Positions 30,843 to 39,468 of a stretch of 64,000 nt of DNA are shown here, in pieces. The DNA lies in NCBI GenBank assembly GCA_041389495.1, contig JAWKRT010000001.1, forward strand, positions 1,042,471-1,106,470, written 5' to 3'. The notes under the pieces are model-generated. The model did not search any database. It saw only the letters and a list, made by a program, of their open reading frames with translations, and had not been told where the DNA came from. How positions within the stretch are numbered: the first letter of the stretch is position 1; each line of letters starts with the position of its first letter. This DNA comes from Myxococcota bacterium (lineage in GTDB: Bacteria > Myxococcota_A > UBA9160 > UBA4427). The position numbers and the translations under genes are program-made.

Positions 30843-32099
30843 ATGCGCGAGAGCCTCCTCGTTCCCGACGCCCAGCTCGAGATCCTGCGCCGAACGCCCG
30901 TTCTCGATGCCGAGCGCGTCGCCGCGCGCGACGCCCTGGGCCGCGTCCTCGCGGAGCCGGTCGTCTCCACCCGCACGCTGCCGCCGGCGGACTGCTCGGC
31001 CATGGACGGCTACGCGCTGCGCGCGGCGGACGTCGCGGGGGCGTCGGCCGAGCGACCCGTCGCGCTCCCCGTCGCGTTCGAGGTCGCGGCCGGACACGGT
31101 GCACCGCGCGCGATCGCGCCGGGCGAGGCGGCCCGGATCTTCACGGGCGCGCCGCTCCCGCCCGGCGCGGACACCGTCGTCCGCCAGGAGGACACGGAGG
31201 CCGCGGGCGGGCGCGTTCGCGTGCGGATCGCCGCGGAGGCGCGCGACCACGTGCGCGACGCGGGGGAGGACGTGCGCGCGGGCGACGTCGTGCTCGAGGC
31301 CGGTCACGTCGTGCGCGCCGCCGAGCTCGGCCTGCTCGCGTCGCTCGGCCGCACGATCGTCGCCGTCCACCAGCGCCCGCGCGTCGCGATCCTGTCCGGC
31401 GGCGACGAGCTGGTCGAGCCCGACGAGGACCCGTCGGGCGGACGCATCGTCTCCTCCAACTCCTACACGCTCGCCGCGCACTGCCTCGAGGCCGGTGCGG
31501 ACCCCGTCTATCTGGGCATCGCCCCCGACACGCCCGAGGCGCTCGAGCGCCTGCTGCGCGCCGGCCTGCGCGCGGACGTGATCGTGACGTCGGCCGGCGT
31601 CTCGGTCGGCGACCACGACTACGTGCGGCCCGTGCTCGAGCGGCTCGGCTGCACGCTCCACTTCTGGGGCGTGCGGATGAAGCCCGGCTTTCCGCTCGCG
31701 TTCGGCAGCTTCGCCGGCGAACGGGGCCCGCTCGTCTTCGGGCTCCCCGGCAACCCCGTCTCCGCGAGCGTCACGTTCGAGCAGTTCGTGCGGCCGGCGC
31801 TGCGCCGCATGACGGGCCACCGCGCGCTCTTCCGAGCGACGATTCGCGCGCGGCTCGACCACGACCTCGAGAAGAAGCCGGGTCGCCTGCACTTCGTGCG
31901 CGTGCGCGTCGGGCGCGACGGCGACGAGTGGGTCGCGACGAGCAGCGGCAGCCAGAGCTCGGGCGTGCTGAGCGCGCTCGCGCGCGCGCAGGGCCTGCTC
32001 GTGTTCCCGGCCGATGCGAGCTCGCTCCGCGCGGGCGACCACGCCGACGTGCAGCTGCTCGACGACGCGCTGCTCGCGAGCGAGACGTCGGGGCTGTGA
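30843..32099 (+). CDS. moeA: molybdopterin molybdenumtransferase
   Basis: LPPADCSAMDGYALRAADV...IFTGAPLPPGADTVV...TSAGVSVGDHDY...GLPGNPVSA is canonical MoeA. Confidence 0.85.
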   Translation: MRESLLVPDAQLEILRRTPVLDAERVAARDALGRVLAEPVVSTRTLPPADCSAMDGYALRAADVAGASAERPVALPVAFEVAAGHGAPRAIAPGEAARIFTGAPLPPGADTVVRQEDTEAAGGRVRVRIAAEARDHVRDAGEDVRAGDVVLEAGHVVRAAELGLLASLGRTIVAVHQRPRVAILSGGDELVEPDEDPSGGRIVSSNSYTLAAHCLEAGADPVYLGIAPDTPEALERLLRAGLRADVIVTSAGVSVGDHDYVRPVLERLGCTLHFWGVRMKPGFPLAFGSFAGERGPLVFGLPGNPVSASVTFEQFVRPALRRMTGHRALFRATIRARLDHDLEKKPGRLHFVRVRVGRDGDEWVATSSGSQSSGVLSALARAQGLLVFPADASSLRAGDHADVQLLDDALLASETSGL

Positions 32100-32749
32100 C
32101 GGGCGACGCATCCGGCGCGCGCGGGGACGGTCGCATCGCGAACGTCGCGGGCGCGGTGCTCGTCGGCGGTGCGTCGCGCCGCTTCGGGCGCGACAAGGCG
32201 CGGGCCGAGGTGGGCGGCATCGCGATGGCGACGCGCCTCGCGCGCCTGCTCGACGACCTGTTCGAGGAGGTCGTGCTGGTCGGAGGCGACCCGCCCGACG
32301 ACGCCCCCGGCCGTCGCGTCCCCGACCCGGAGGCGCCGGGCGACGCGCGCTCGGCGCTGCGCGGGATCGTCGGCGCGCTCGAGGCCGCTCGCGCCGAGCG
32401 CGTCGTCGTGCTCGCGACCGACCTCCCGCGCATGCGCGTCGAGCTCGTGCTCGCGCTCGCGGCCTGGCCGCCGTGCGATGCCGTCGTCGTGCGCGACGCG
32501 CTCGGGCGGCCCGAGCCGCTGTGCGGCGCGTGGGCGCGGGACGCGGTACTCCCCGCCGCCCGCGAGCTGCTCGCGCGCGGCGAGTACCGGCTCACCGCGC
32601 TGCTCGGCGCGATCGACGCGCACTATCTCGAGGGCGCGGACCTCGCCGCCGTCGACCCGGACGGCGTCGCGCTCGCGAACGTCAACACCGCCGGAGATCT
32701 CGCCGCGCTCGAGGCGCGCGGCGTCGCGCCGCGCCGCAGCGACGGGTGA
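32096..32749 (+). CDS. mobA: molybdenum cofactor guanylyltransferase
   Basis: GAVLVGGASRRFGRDKA...VVLATDLPRM...PLCGAW pattern. The GTG overlaps the moeA stop (GTGA). Confidence 0.75.
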   Translation: MTGDASGARGDGRIANVAGAVLVGGASRRFGRDKARAEVGGIAMATRLARLLDDLFEEVVLVGGDPPDDAPGRRVPDPEAPGDARSALRGIVGALEAARAERVVVLATDLPRMRVELVLALAAWPPCDAVVVRDALGRPEPLCGAWARDAVLPAARELLARGEYRLTALLGAIDAHYLEGADLAAVDPDGVALANVNTAGDLAALEARGVAPRRSDG

Positions 32750-32816
32750 GGCTCGCGATACCCGACGCGGGAGTGCGAACCGCGGTGGTCGCGGCCGCCC
32801 CAGGAGATCGCGCGAA

Positions 32817-33326
32817 CTAACGTCGCGCCGGCGGGCGCTCGCCGAGCAGCGTGGTCGTCCGCACGCCCTTCACCTCGCGCAGTCGCACGACGCGTCCTCC
32901 CCAGCCCTCGACGTCCTCGCGCCCGACGATCGCGTCGAGCGTCCAGTCGCCGCCCTTCGCGAGCACGTCGGGGCGCAGCGCGCGAATCGTGCGCAGGGGC
33001 GTGTCCGCGCCGAACACGACCACCCAGTCGACGCACGCGAGCGCGGCGAGCACCTCGGCGCGCTGGCGCGCCGGAACGCGCGGGCGCGTCGGGCCCTTGA
33101 GCCGCCGCACGCTCGCATCGGAGTTCACGGCGACGACGAGCCGGTCGCCGAGCGAGCGCGCCTGCTCGAGGCTGCGCACGTGTCCGACGTGGAGCCAGTC
33201 GAAGCAGCCGTTCGTGAAGACGACGCGCTCGCCGCGGCGCTGCGCGGCCCGCACGGCGCGCTGCGCCGCGGCGAGGGGCAGGACCTTCCGACGCGCGCGC
33301 GCGTCGCGTCCCGATGCGCGACTCAC
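32817..33326 (-). CDS. D-glycero-beta-D-manno-heptose 1-phosphate adenylyltransferase (RfaE/HldE domain II only)
   Basis: Cytidylyltransferase signature [36 protein letters not shown]. The GTG overlaps the stop of the upstream AsmA-like gene (GTGA). Confidence 0.8.
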   Translation of the reverse strand: MSRASGRDARARRKVLPLAAAQRAVRAAQRRGERVVFTNGCFDWLHVGHVRSLEQARSLGDRLVVAVNSDASVRRLKGPTRPRVPARQRAEVLAALACVDWVVVFGADTPLRTIRALRPDVLAKGGDWTLDAIVGREDVEGWGGRVVRLREVKGVRTTTLLGERPPARR

Positions 33327-36097
33327 GACGCGTCCCCTTCGGCGGCGCGCTTCGGCGAGCGCACCGCCTCGCGGGCGCGATCGGCCGCGCGCGCGCCGCC
33401 GGTGAAGAGGCCGCGCAGCGCATCGAACGGCTGGCGGAGCACCTCGGGGAGCGGCATCCCGTCGGCCAGCGACTTGATCGGCATCGCGCGCACGTTCGGC
33501 TCTCCCACCGGGCCGCTGACCTCGAAGTAGGCGCCGATCAGGCCGCGATCCGACCCGGGCACCAGCAGGTTGACGAGCGGGATGTCGCCGAGCAGCCGGT
33601 CCGCCTGGCGCAGCAGGAAGATGCCGACCGTCGCGTCGATGGGCGAGTCCTCCGCGCGCGCGTCGATCGCGCCGGACGCGAGCACGCGCAGCGGGCCCTC
33701 GAGCGCGAAGCGGTCGGTCGAGACGAGACCGCGATCGAGATCGATCGTCGCGGCGATGCGCTCGTAGCGGAGCGCTTCGTTCGCCTTGAACGGACTCCAT
33801 CCTTCGATGGCGTGCGCGAGCGACGCGAGCAGCGGGACGCTCTGGTGGACCGAGCCGTCGCGCGCGTGGATGTCGACCGTACCGACGAGGTCGTCGAGCA
33901 GCGGCGCGTCGCGACGGAGGACGCCGGCGAGATCGGCGGTGACGTCGGCCGTTCCCGTCGCGAAGCCCGACCGGATGCCGAAGGTCTGCGCGACGCGGTC
34001 GGCCTCGGCGCCCGTGGCCTCGACGCGCGCCTGCGCGTCGACCGCATCTGCGTCCGCGAGCGAGAAGAGGCCGTGTCCGCGCAGCTCGCCGCCGCCGGCC
34101 AGGGCGGCAGCGACGCCGTCGAGTGCGAGGTCCTGGCCGCGGAGCGCGAAGCGGCCCTCGAGCGTGTCGAAGACGAGCGGCCCGGTGTGCACGGCGGTCG
34201 TCGCGAAGGTGCCCGATGCCCACGTCGTGTCGTCGGCGTCGCGCGCGATCGCAGCGGGGCTCGCTCGCGGCGCGGCCCGCGCGTCCCCGCCGTCGTCGCG
34301 CACCACGAGCTCGATGCGCAGCTCGGGCTCGGGGTCGCGCGCGAGGATGGCCTCGCCGCGCACGGGCGTTCCCGCCCAGCTGCCGCGCGTGATGGCGACG
34401 TGCAGGTCGCGCGGCCCGGGATCGATCTCGATCACGGCGTCGCGCAGCGGCCAGCGCAGCGCGGGGTGCTGCAGCTCGGCGAGAGTGACGCGGATGGGAG
34501 AGGGCGGGCGCTCGGGGTCGGGCGGCTCGTCGCCGCGCACGACGTCCCACAGCGTGCCGAGGCCGGGCAGAGGACGCGCGCGCCGCGTGAGCTGCTCGTC
34601 GGCGGGCGCGGCGGCGAGCAGCGCGCCGATGCCGTCGACGGCGAGGTCGATGCGCGGCATGGCCTCGCCGTTGTAGCGGCCGCGCAGGCCGCGCATCTCG
34701 AGCAGCTCGCCGTTCCACGAGAGGTCGGCCGAGACTTCGCTCAGGCGGTCGGTCGGGCTCGTCCCGATCGTCACGTCCTCGATCGACGCGGTCAGACGGA
34801 CGCCGTCGGGGAGCGATCCGCGTTCCCCCGCCGCCAGCTCGAGCCACGTCGCGAGCGTCTCGCCGCCGCGCAGGCCGACGGTGCCGATGCGCCCGTGCTC
34901 GATGCGATCGACGAGGCGCCGGAACGTGACGGCGTCCTCGTCCGGCAGCCCGGCCGCGACGCGCTGCAGCTGGTCGAGTGCGATGCCGCCGATCGTCGCG
35001 CGCACGGTGGTTCGCGAGCCGGTGCGAAGCGGGCGCGCGAAGGTCGCCTGCGCGGCGAACTCGATGGCCGGGTCCGAGATCTCGAGCTGCGCGATGCGAA
35101 GGCGGCCGGGCTCGAGGTCGAGCTGCGCCTGGAGCACCGCGGTCGGCGACGCGAGGCGCAGGCTCGTGTCGCCGAGCGGGAGGCGACCGTCGACGTCGTC
35201 GATCGAGGCGTCGAGCTCGAAGTGCGCCCGATCGAGCTCGGGCGTCGCGATGGCGAGCACGCCCGTGATCCGGCCCGCGAGCGCGGCCCCGTCGCCCGGC
35301 GCGACGAGGTAGGGCGCGACGTGCGCGAGGTCGAGTCCGGTCACCGCCAGCGAGAGGCGGAGCTCCTCGTCGTCGCGTGCGCGCGCGCTCACCTCGACGG
35401 CGGCCGGACGGCCCTCGCCGCCCACGTACCGGCCGGTGAGCTGCACGTCGACGGAGCGCCCGAGCCACGTCCGGTCGAGCGTGCCGCGGAGGTGCTCCAT
35501 GCGATGCGCCACGCGCGTTCGCACGCCCGCGCGAGGCCGCTCGTCGAGGAAGGTGACCGTCGCGTTGCGGAGCGCGATGCGGTCGGCGATCTGCTGCTCG
35601 CGCAGCAGGAAGTGCGTCGCTTCGACGAGCACGCGCATCCATCCGATCTCGTGCTCGAGGCCATCGGGGTCGGCCGCGCGCTCGGCGTCGAGCTCGGCCT
35701 GCGGCGGGAAGTAGGGCGGCGACCAGGCGCCCTCGCGGCTGCGTCGGAGCGCGAGGACGAGGCCGTCGACGTCGAGCGCGGCGCAGCGGAAGCGGCCGAG
35801 CAGGAGGCTCGGGGTGTCGAGGCGGATCTCGACGCGGGTCGCGAGGAGCGCGTCGGTACCCGGCGCGGGGTAGTCGACGCGGACGCCGGCCGCGTGGATC
35901 TCGATGCCGCGGCGGATTCGGAGCGCGATGCGGTCGATCGAGACGTCGCCGGCCAGGAGCTTCGACAGCTCGAGCTCGGCCTCCTCGCGCATCCAGCGCT
36001 GCCCGACCTGGCTCGAGACCACGAACCCGGCGGCGAGTGCGAGCAGGAACAGGCCGAGGGTGACGGCCGCGCGCAGCGCCGATCGCCGCAGTCGCAT
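33323..36097 (-). CDS. AsmA-family / YhdP-like large envelope protein
   Basis: ~924 aa. N-terminal anchor [27 protein letters not shown] followed by a long beta-rich, repeat-like body typical of AsmA-like proteins. Recognised by architecture only. Confidence 0.55.
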   Translation of the reverse strand: MRLRRSALRAAVTLGLFLLALAAGFVVSSQVGQRWMREEAELELSKLLAGDVSIDRIALRIRRGIEIHAAGVRVDYPAPGTDALLATRVEIRLDTPSLLLGRFRCAALDVDGLVLALRRSREGAWSPPYFPPQAELDAERAADPDGLEHEIGWMRVLVEATHFLLREQQIADRIALRNATVTFLDERPRAGVRTRVAHRMEHLRGTLDRTWLGRSVDVQLTGRYVGGEGRPAAVEVSARARDDEELRLSLAVTGLDLAHVAPYLVAPGDGAALAGRITGVLAIATPELDRAHFELDASIDDVDGRLPLGDTSLRLASPTAVLQAQLDLEPGRLRIAQLEISDPAIEFAAQATFARPLRTGSRTTVRATIGGIALDQLQRVAAGLPDEDAVTFRRLVDRIEHGRIGTVGLRGGETLATWLELAAGERGSLPDGVRLTASIEDVTIGTSPTDRLSEVSADLSWNGELLEMRGLRGRYNGEAMPRIDLAVDGIGALLAAAPADEQLTRRARPLPGLGTLWDVVRGDEPPDPERPPSPIRVTLAELQHPALRWPLRDAVIEIDPGPRDLHVAITRGSWAGTPVRGEAILARDPEPELRIELVVRDDGGDARAAPRASPAAIARDADDTTWASGTFATTAVHTGPLVFDTLEGRFALRGQDLALDGVAAALAGGGELRGHGLFSLADADAVDAQARVEATGAEADRVAQTFGIRSGFATGTADVTADLAGVLRRDAPLLDDLVGTVDIHARDGSVHQSVPLLASLAHAIEGWSPFKANEALRYERIAATIDLDRGLVSTDRFALEGPLRVLASGAIDARAEDSPIDATVGIFLLRQADRLLGDIPLVNLLVPGSDRGLIGAYFEVSGPVGEPNVRAMPIKSLADGMPLPEVLRQPFDALRGLFTGGARAADRAREAVRSPKRAAEGDAS

Positions 36098-36460
36098 TCG
36101 ATCCCCCCGCGCCTTCCGGGCCGGCCCGCTTCGGCCCGGCGAGGCTAGCAACCGCGCGCTCGCCTCCTGCGCGCCGCGCGCCCGCGTCGTTCCGGCACGA
36201 GCGGAGTTGCCGGCGCGCGAACCCTAGTTCCACTTCCGCGAACCCAAGCTCGCCTTCGCAGCGGCACGGGCGCGTCGCTCGCACGCGTCGCGAGCGCGCA
36301 CCGCACCCGAGGAGGAAGCGCAAACGGCACTCCGCAAAAGCCTGCAACAGCCCATTTTTTCTCAAGAAAGCCCATGGGTGGCCCGAAGTCCCCCCGCGTG
36401 TATGGAACGGCCTCCGGGAGCGATTCCCGGAGCATCTTCGCAGCCGGGGAGTAGGACCGA

Positions 36461-36745
36461 ATGGACTCGATGAGCAACCAGGCCAGCAGCGAGCCTCGCT
36501 TCGTGAAGAACCGCGTGCGCGAGTTTCGCGAGAACAAGCTCATGACCCAGGCCCAGCTCGCTCGCAAGGCGAAGGTGGCACTGCGAACGATCCACAGCGT
36601 CGAGAAGGGAATGAACTGCCGCATGGACACCAAGCGGAAGATCCTTCTCGCTCTCGGCCTCCGCTTCGAGGACAAGGAGCTCGTGTTCCCGAGCAATCGT
36701 CCCTTGCCGATGCACGCGGAGCTGGATCGCCCCTTCAGCCACTAG
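36461..36745 (+). CDS. XRE-family helix-turn-helix transcriptional regulator (orphan, 94 aa)
   Basis: Classic Cro/C1 HTH: [33 protein letters not shown]+C and third-position GC are visibly lower than in its neighbours. Confidence 0.6.
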   Translation: MDSMSNQASSEPRFVKNRVREFRENKLMTQAQLARKAKVALRTIHSVEKGMNCRMDTKRKILLALGLRFEDKELVFPSNRPLPMHAELDRPFSH

Positions 36746-36977
36746 CCACTAGGGCCCCCCACCCCTCCTGCTACGATCAGCCGCCAGCCGAACGGAAGGG
36801 CGATTGCTCGTGCAGGTCGGGTGAGGCCCGACGCGCTCCCCGGCGCCGCAGCGCGCGGAACGTCCGAGGGAGCGCACTCCTCCACACCTGCCTCGCTCCG
36901 CGCTCCGCACGGGCGCTCCCGTCCCCGCCGCTCCGGCTGACGAGGTCGCGCGCGGGCCAGCCGCCGCCGGTCTCGGC

Positions 36978-37018
36978 GCAGCCCGCACGCGGCGGGCTGC
37001 ACGCCGCGGGCTGCACGC
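36978..37018 (+). promoter_or_regulatory. 9-bp hairpin (GCAGCCCGC/GCGGGCTGC) whose 3' arm lies within a 13-nt unit (GCGGGCTGCACGC) repeated directly after it, just upstream of ptsP
   Basis: 36978-36986 pairs with 36992-37000. The 13-mer at 36992-37004 is repeated at 37006-37018. It is followed by GGGGAGGG and the in-frame ATT at 37037. Confidence 0.25.
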
Positions 37019-37129
37019 AAGCGGGGAGGGCGTCCCATTCTCGACCGCGTCTCGCTCCTCTCCGACGTCGCCGAGGTCGTCGCCCGCTCGCACGACCTCC
37101 AGGAGACGCTGCGCAACGTCACCGACCTC

Positions 37130-39406
37130 GTGGCGAAGCGGCTCGACGCGGACGTCTGCTCCGTCTACCTCACCGACTCCGACCTGAAGACGCTCACGCT
37201 GCGCGCCACGATCGGGCTCGACCCGAGTGCGGTCGGCACGGTGAAGCTCCGCTTCGGCGAGGGGCTGGTCGGTGCCGCCGCGAAGTCGGGAGAGGCGATC
37301 GCGGTCGAGCACGCGCGCGAGGACCCGGGCTTCCGGTACTTCCCCGAGACGCGCGAGGACCGCTACGAGTCGCTGCTCGCGACGCCGCTGCGCGTGCGCG
37401 ACACGACGATCGGCGTGCTCGCGATCCAGACGGTCGAGCCGCGCGCGTTCCCGCCCGAGGACATCTCCCTCCTGCAGACGTGCGCGCAGCTGCTCGGCCC
37501 CGTCGTCATCAATGCGCAGCTCCTCTCGATGGTCGCGAGCAGCGAGGAGGAGCGCGCGCGCATCGTCGCGGAGATCGCGCAGTCCGGTGTCCCCATCAGC
37601 GAGGGCAGGCGCCGGCGCGTTCCCGGCCGCTTCCACGCACTCGAGGGCATCCCGACGGCGCGCGGCGTCGCGATCGGCGCGATCCACCGGCTCGACGACA
37701 TCGACCTCGCGCACTTCGACTACCACCCGAAGCCCGACGCGATCGAGGAGCGCGCCGATCTGATGCGCGCGCACGCCGAGGCGCGGCGCGAGCTCGACGA
37801 CGCGCGCGAGCTCACGGGCGAGCGGTTCGGCCCCGAGTTCGCCGCGGTCTTCAACACGCAGATCCAGATCCTCGAGGACGCGGGCTTCGTGCGCGCGCTC
37901 GAGCAGGGCGTCGAGCAGTACGGCAGCGCGCTCGAGGCGCTCCGCGGTGTTCTCGACGCCTATCGGAAGACGTTCGAGCGCATCGAGGATCCGTACTTCC
38001 GCGAGCGCGGCGCGGACGTCGCGGAAGTGGGCCAGCGCGTGATGGCCGCGCTGCTCGGCGTGCGGCACGAGACGCCGGTGCTCCAGCCGGGCGCGATCGT
38101 CGTCGTGTCGCAGGTGCTGCCGGGCCTCTTCGCGCGGCTCGAGGTCGACAAGATCGGCGCGCTCGTCTCCGAGCACGGCGGTGCGACGTCGCACGGGGCG
38201 ATCTTCGCGCGCACGCTCGAGATCCCGGCGGTCACGGGCGTCTCGGGCGTGCTCGTGTCGGCGGTCGAGGGCGAGACGGCGATCGTGGACGGCGGTTCGG
38301 GCCGCCTCTTCCTCAGCCCGGAGTCCGGGCTGCTCGCCGAGTACCGGACCGCGCAGCGACGTTATGCCGTCGCCGTCGAGCACCTCGACGCGCTGCGCGA
38401 GCGTCCGGCCGAGACGCTCGACGGGCGCCGCATCCGGTTGACCGCGAACCTCGGGCTGCTGAACGACCTGCGGCTGATCGAGCAGCACGGCGCCGAGGGC
38501 ATCGGGCTCTTCCGCACCGAGCTGCTCGCGCTCGCGCACCGCGGCTTCCCGAGCGAGGAGGAGCAGCAGCAGCTCTACTCGCGCGTCTGCAGCGCGCTCG
38601 CGCCGCGGCCCGTCACGATCCGCACGCTCGACCTCGGCGGCGACAAGGGGCTCCCGAACATCGGGCTCGAGGGCGAGGAGAACCCGCAGCTCGGCTGTCG
38701 CTCGATCCGGCTCACGCTGCGCAAGCCGGACGTCTTCCGCGAGCAGCTGCGCGCCGTGCTGCGCGCGAGCGTGTCGGGCAACGTGAAGCTCCTGCTCCCC
38801 ATGATCAGCGGCATCGAAGAGCTCCGCGAGGCGCGCGCGCTCCTCGACGAGGCGAAGGCCGAGCTGCGGCGTGCGGGCGAGCCGTTCGACGAACGCCTGC
38901 CCGTCGGCGTGATGATCGAGGTGCCCGCCGCCGCGCTGATCGCGAACGTCCTCGCAAAGGAGTGCGACTTCTTCAGCATCGGGACGAACGACCTGACGCA
39001 GTACACGCTCGCGGTCGACCGCGGCAACGAGCGCGTCGCGCACCTCTACGACCCGCTCCATCCGGCCGTGCTGTCGCTGATCGACGCGAGCCTGCGCGAG
39101 GCCACGCGCGCGGGCATCCCCGTCTCGGTCTGCGGCGAGATGGCGACGAACCCGCTCGCGGTGCCGCTCCTCATCGGCCTCGGCATCTCGGAGCTCTCGG
39201 GCACGCCGAGCGCGGTCCCGCTCGTGAAGGAGATCGCGCGCGCGCTCGACGCGGGCGCCGTCGACGCCGACGCCCGCCGCGCCCTGCACGCCGAGCGGGC
39301 CGAGGACGTCCACGCCATCGCGGCCGCCCGGCTCCGCGAGGCGGGCTTGCTCGAGCACCCCGACATCGGCGAGTGGCTGCGCGCGGCGGTCGATCGCACG
39401 CGATAG
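37130..39406 (+). CDS. ptsP: phosphoenolpyruvate-protein phosphotransferase PtsP (EI-Ntr: GAF domain + enzyme I)
   Basis: GAF domain (DADVCSVYLTD...), then enzyme I blocks (GGATSHGAIFARTLEIPAV, GLFRTE, DFFSIGTNDLTQY). Coordinates use the first canonical start (GTG 37130). Homologous in-frame sequence continues upstream to at least 37037 (see findings). Confidence 0.85.
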   Translation: MAKRLDADVCSVYLTDSDLKTLTLRATIGLDPSAVGTVKLRFGEGLVGAAAKSGEAIAVEHAREDPGFRYFPETREDRYESLLATPLRVRDTTIGVLAIQTVEPRAFPPEDISLLQTCAQLLGPVVINAQLLSMVASSEEERARIVAEIAQSGVPISEGRRRRVPGRFHALEGIPTARGVAIGAIHRLDDIDLAHFDYHPKPDAIEERADLMRAHAEARRELDDARELTGERFGPEFAAVFNTQIQILEDAGFVRALEQGVEQYGSALEALRGVLDAYRKTFERIEDPYFRERGADVAEVGQRVMAALLGVRHETPVLQPGAIVVVSQVLPGLFARLEVDKIGALVSEHGGATSHGAIFARTLEIPAVTGVSGVLVSAVEGETAIVDGGSGRLFLSPESGLLAEYRTAQRRYAVAVEHLDALRERPAETLDGRRIRLTANLGLLNDLRLIEQHGAEGIGLFRTELLALAHRGFPSEEEQQQLYSRVCSALAPRPVTIRTLDLGGDKGLPNIGLEGEENPQLGCRSIRLTLRKPDVFREQLRAVLRASVSGNVKLLLPMISGIEELREARALLDEAKAELRRAGEPFDERLPVGVMIEVPAAALIANVLAKECDFFSIGTNDLTQYTLAVDRGNERVAHLYDPLHPAVLSLIDASLREATRAGIPVSVCGEMATNPLAVPLLIGLGISELSGTPSAVPLVKEIARALDAGAVDADARRALHAERAEDVHAIAAARLREAGLLEHPDIGEWLRAAVDRTR

Positions 39407-39468
39407 CGCGCCCCTCGGCGCGCGGGCTCGGGTAGCGTGCGCGCTCCCACCGACACCGGGAGCCCCGC

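Noticed and set aside
36325-36342. CGGCAC-TCCGC-AAAAGC upstream of the XRE gene, which looks like a sigma54 -24 element.
   Set aside because: The -12 position reads AAAA instead of TTGC, and a GC dinucleotide is not at N10 spacing. Not a sigma54 promoter.
36145-36742. Minus-strand ORFs 36145-36696 and 36362-36742, antisense to the XRE gene, considered as a possible toxin partner.
   Set aside because: They have no SD, no recognisable fold or motif, and an odd composition. The plus-strand HTH gene explains the region better.
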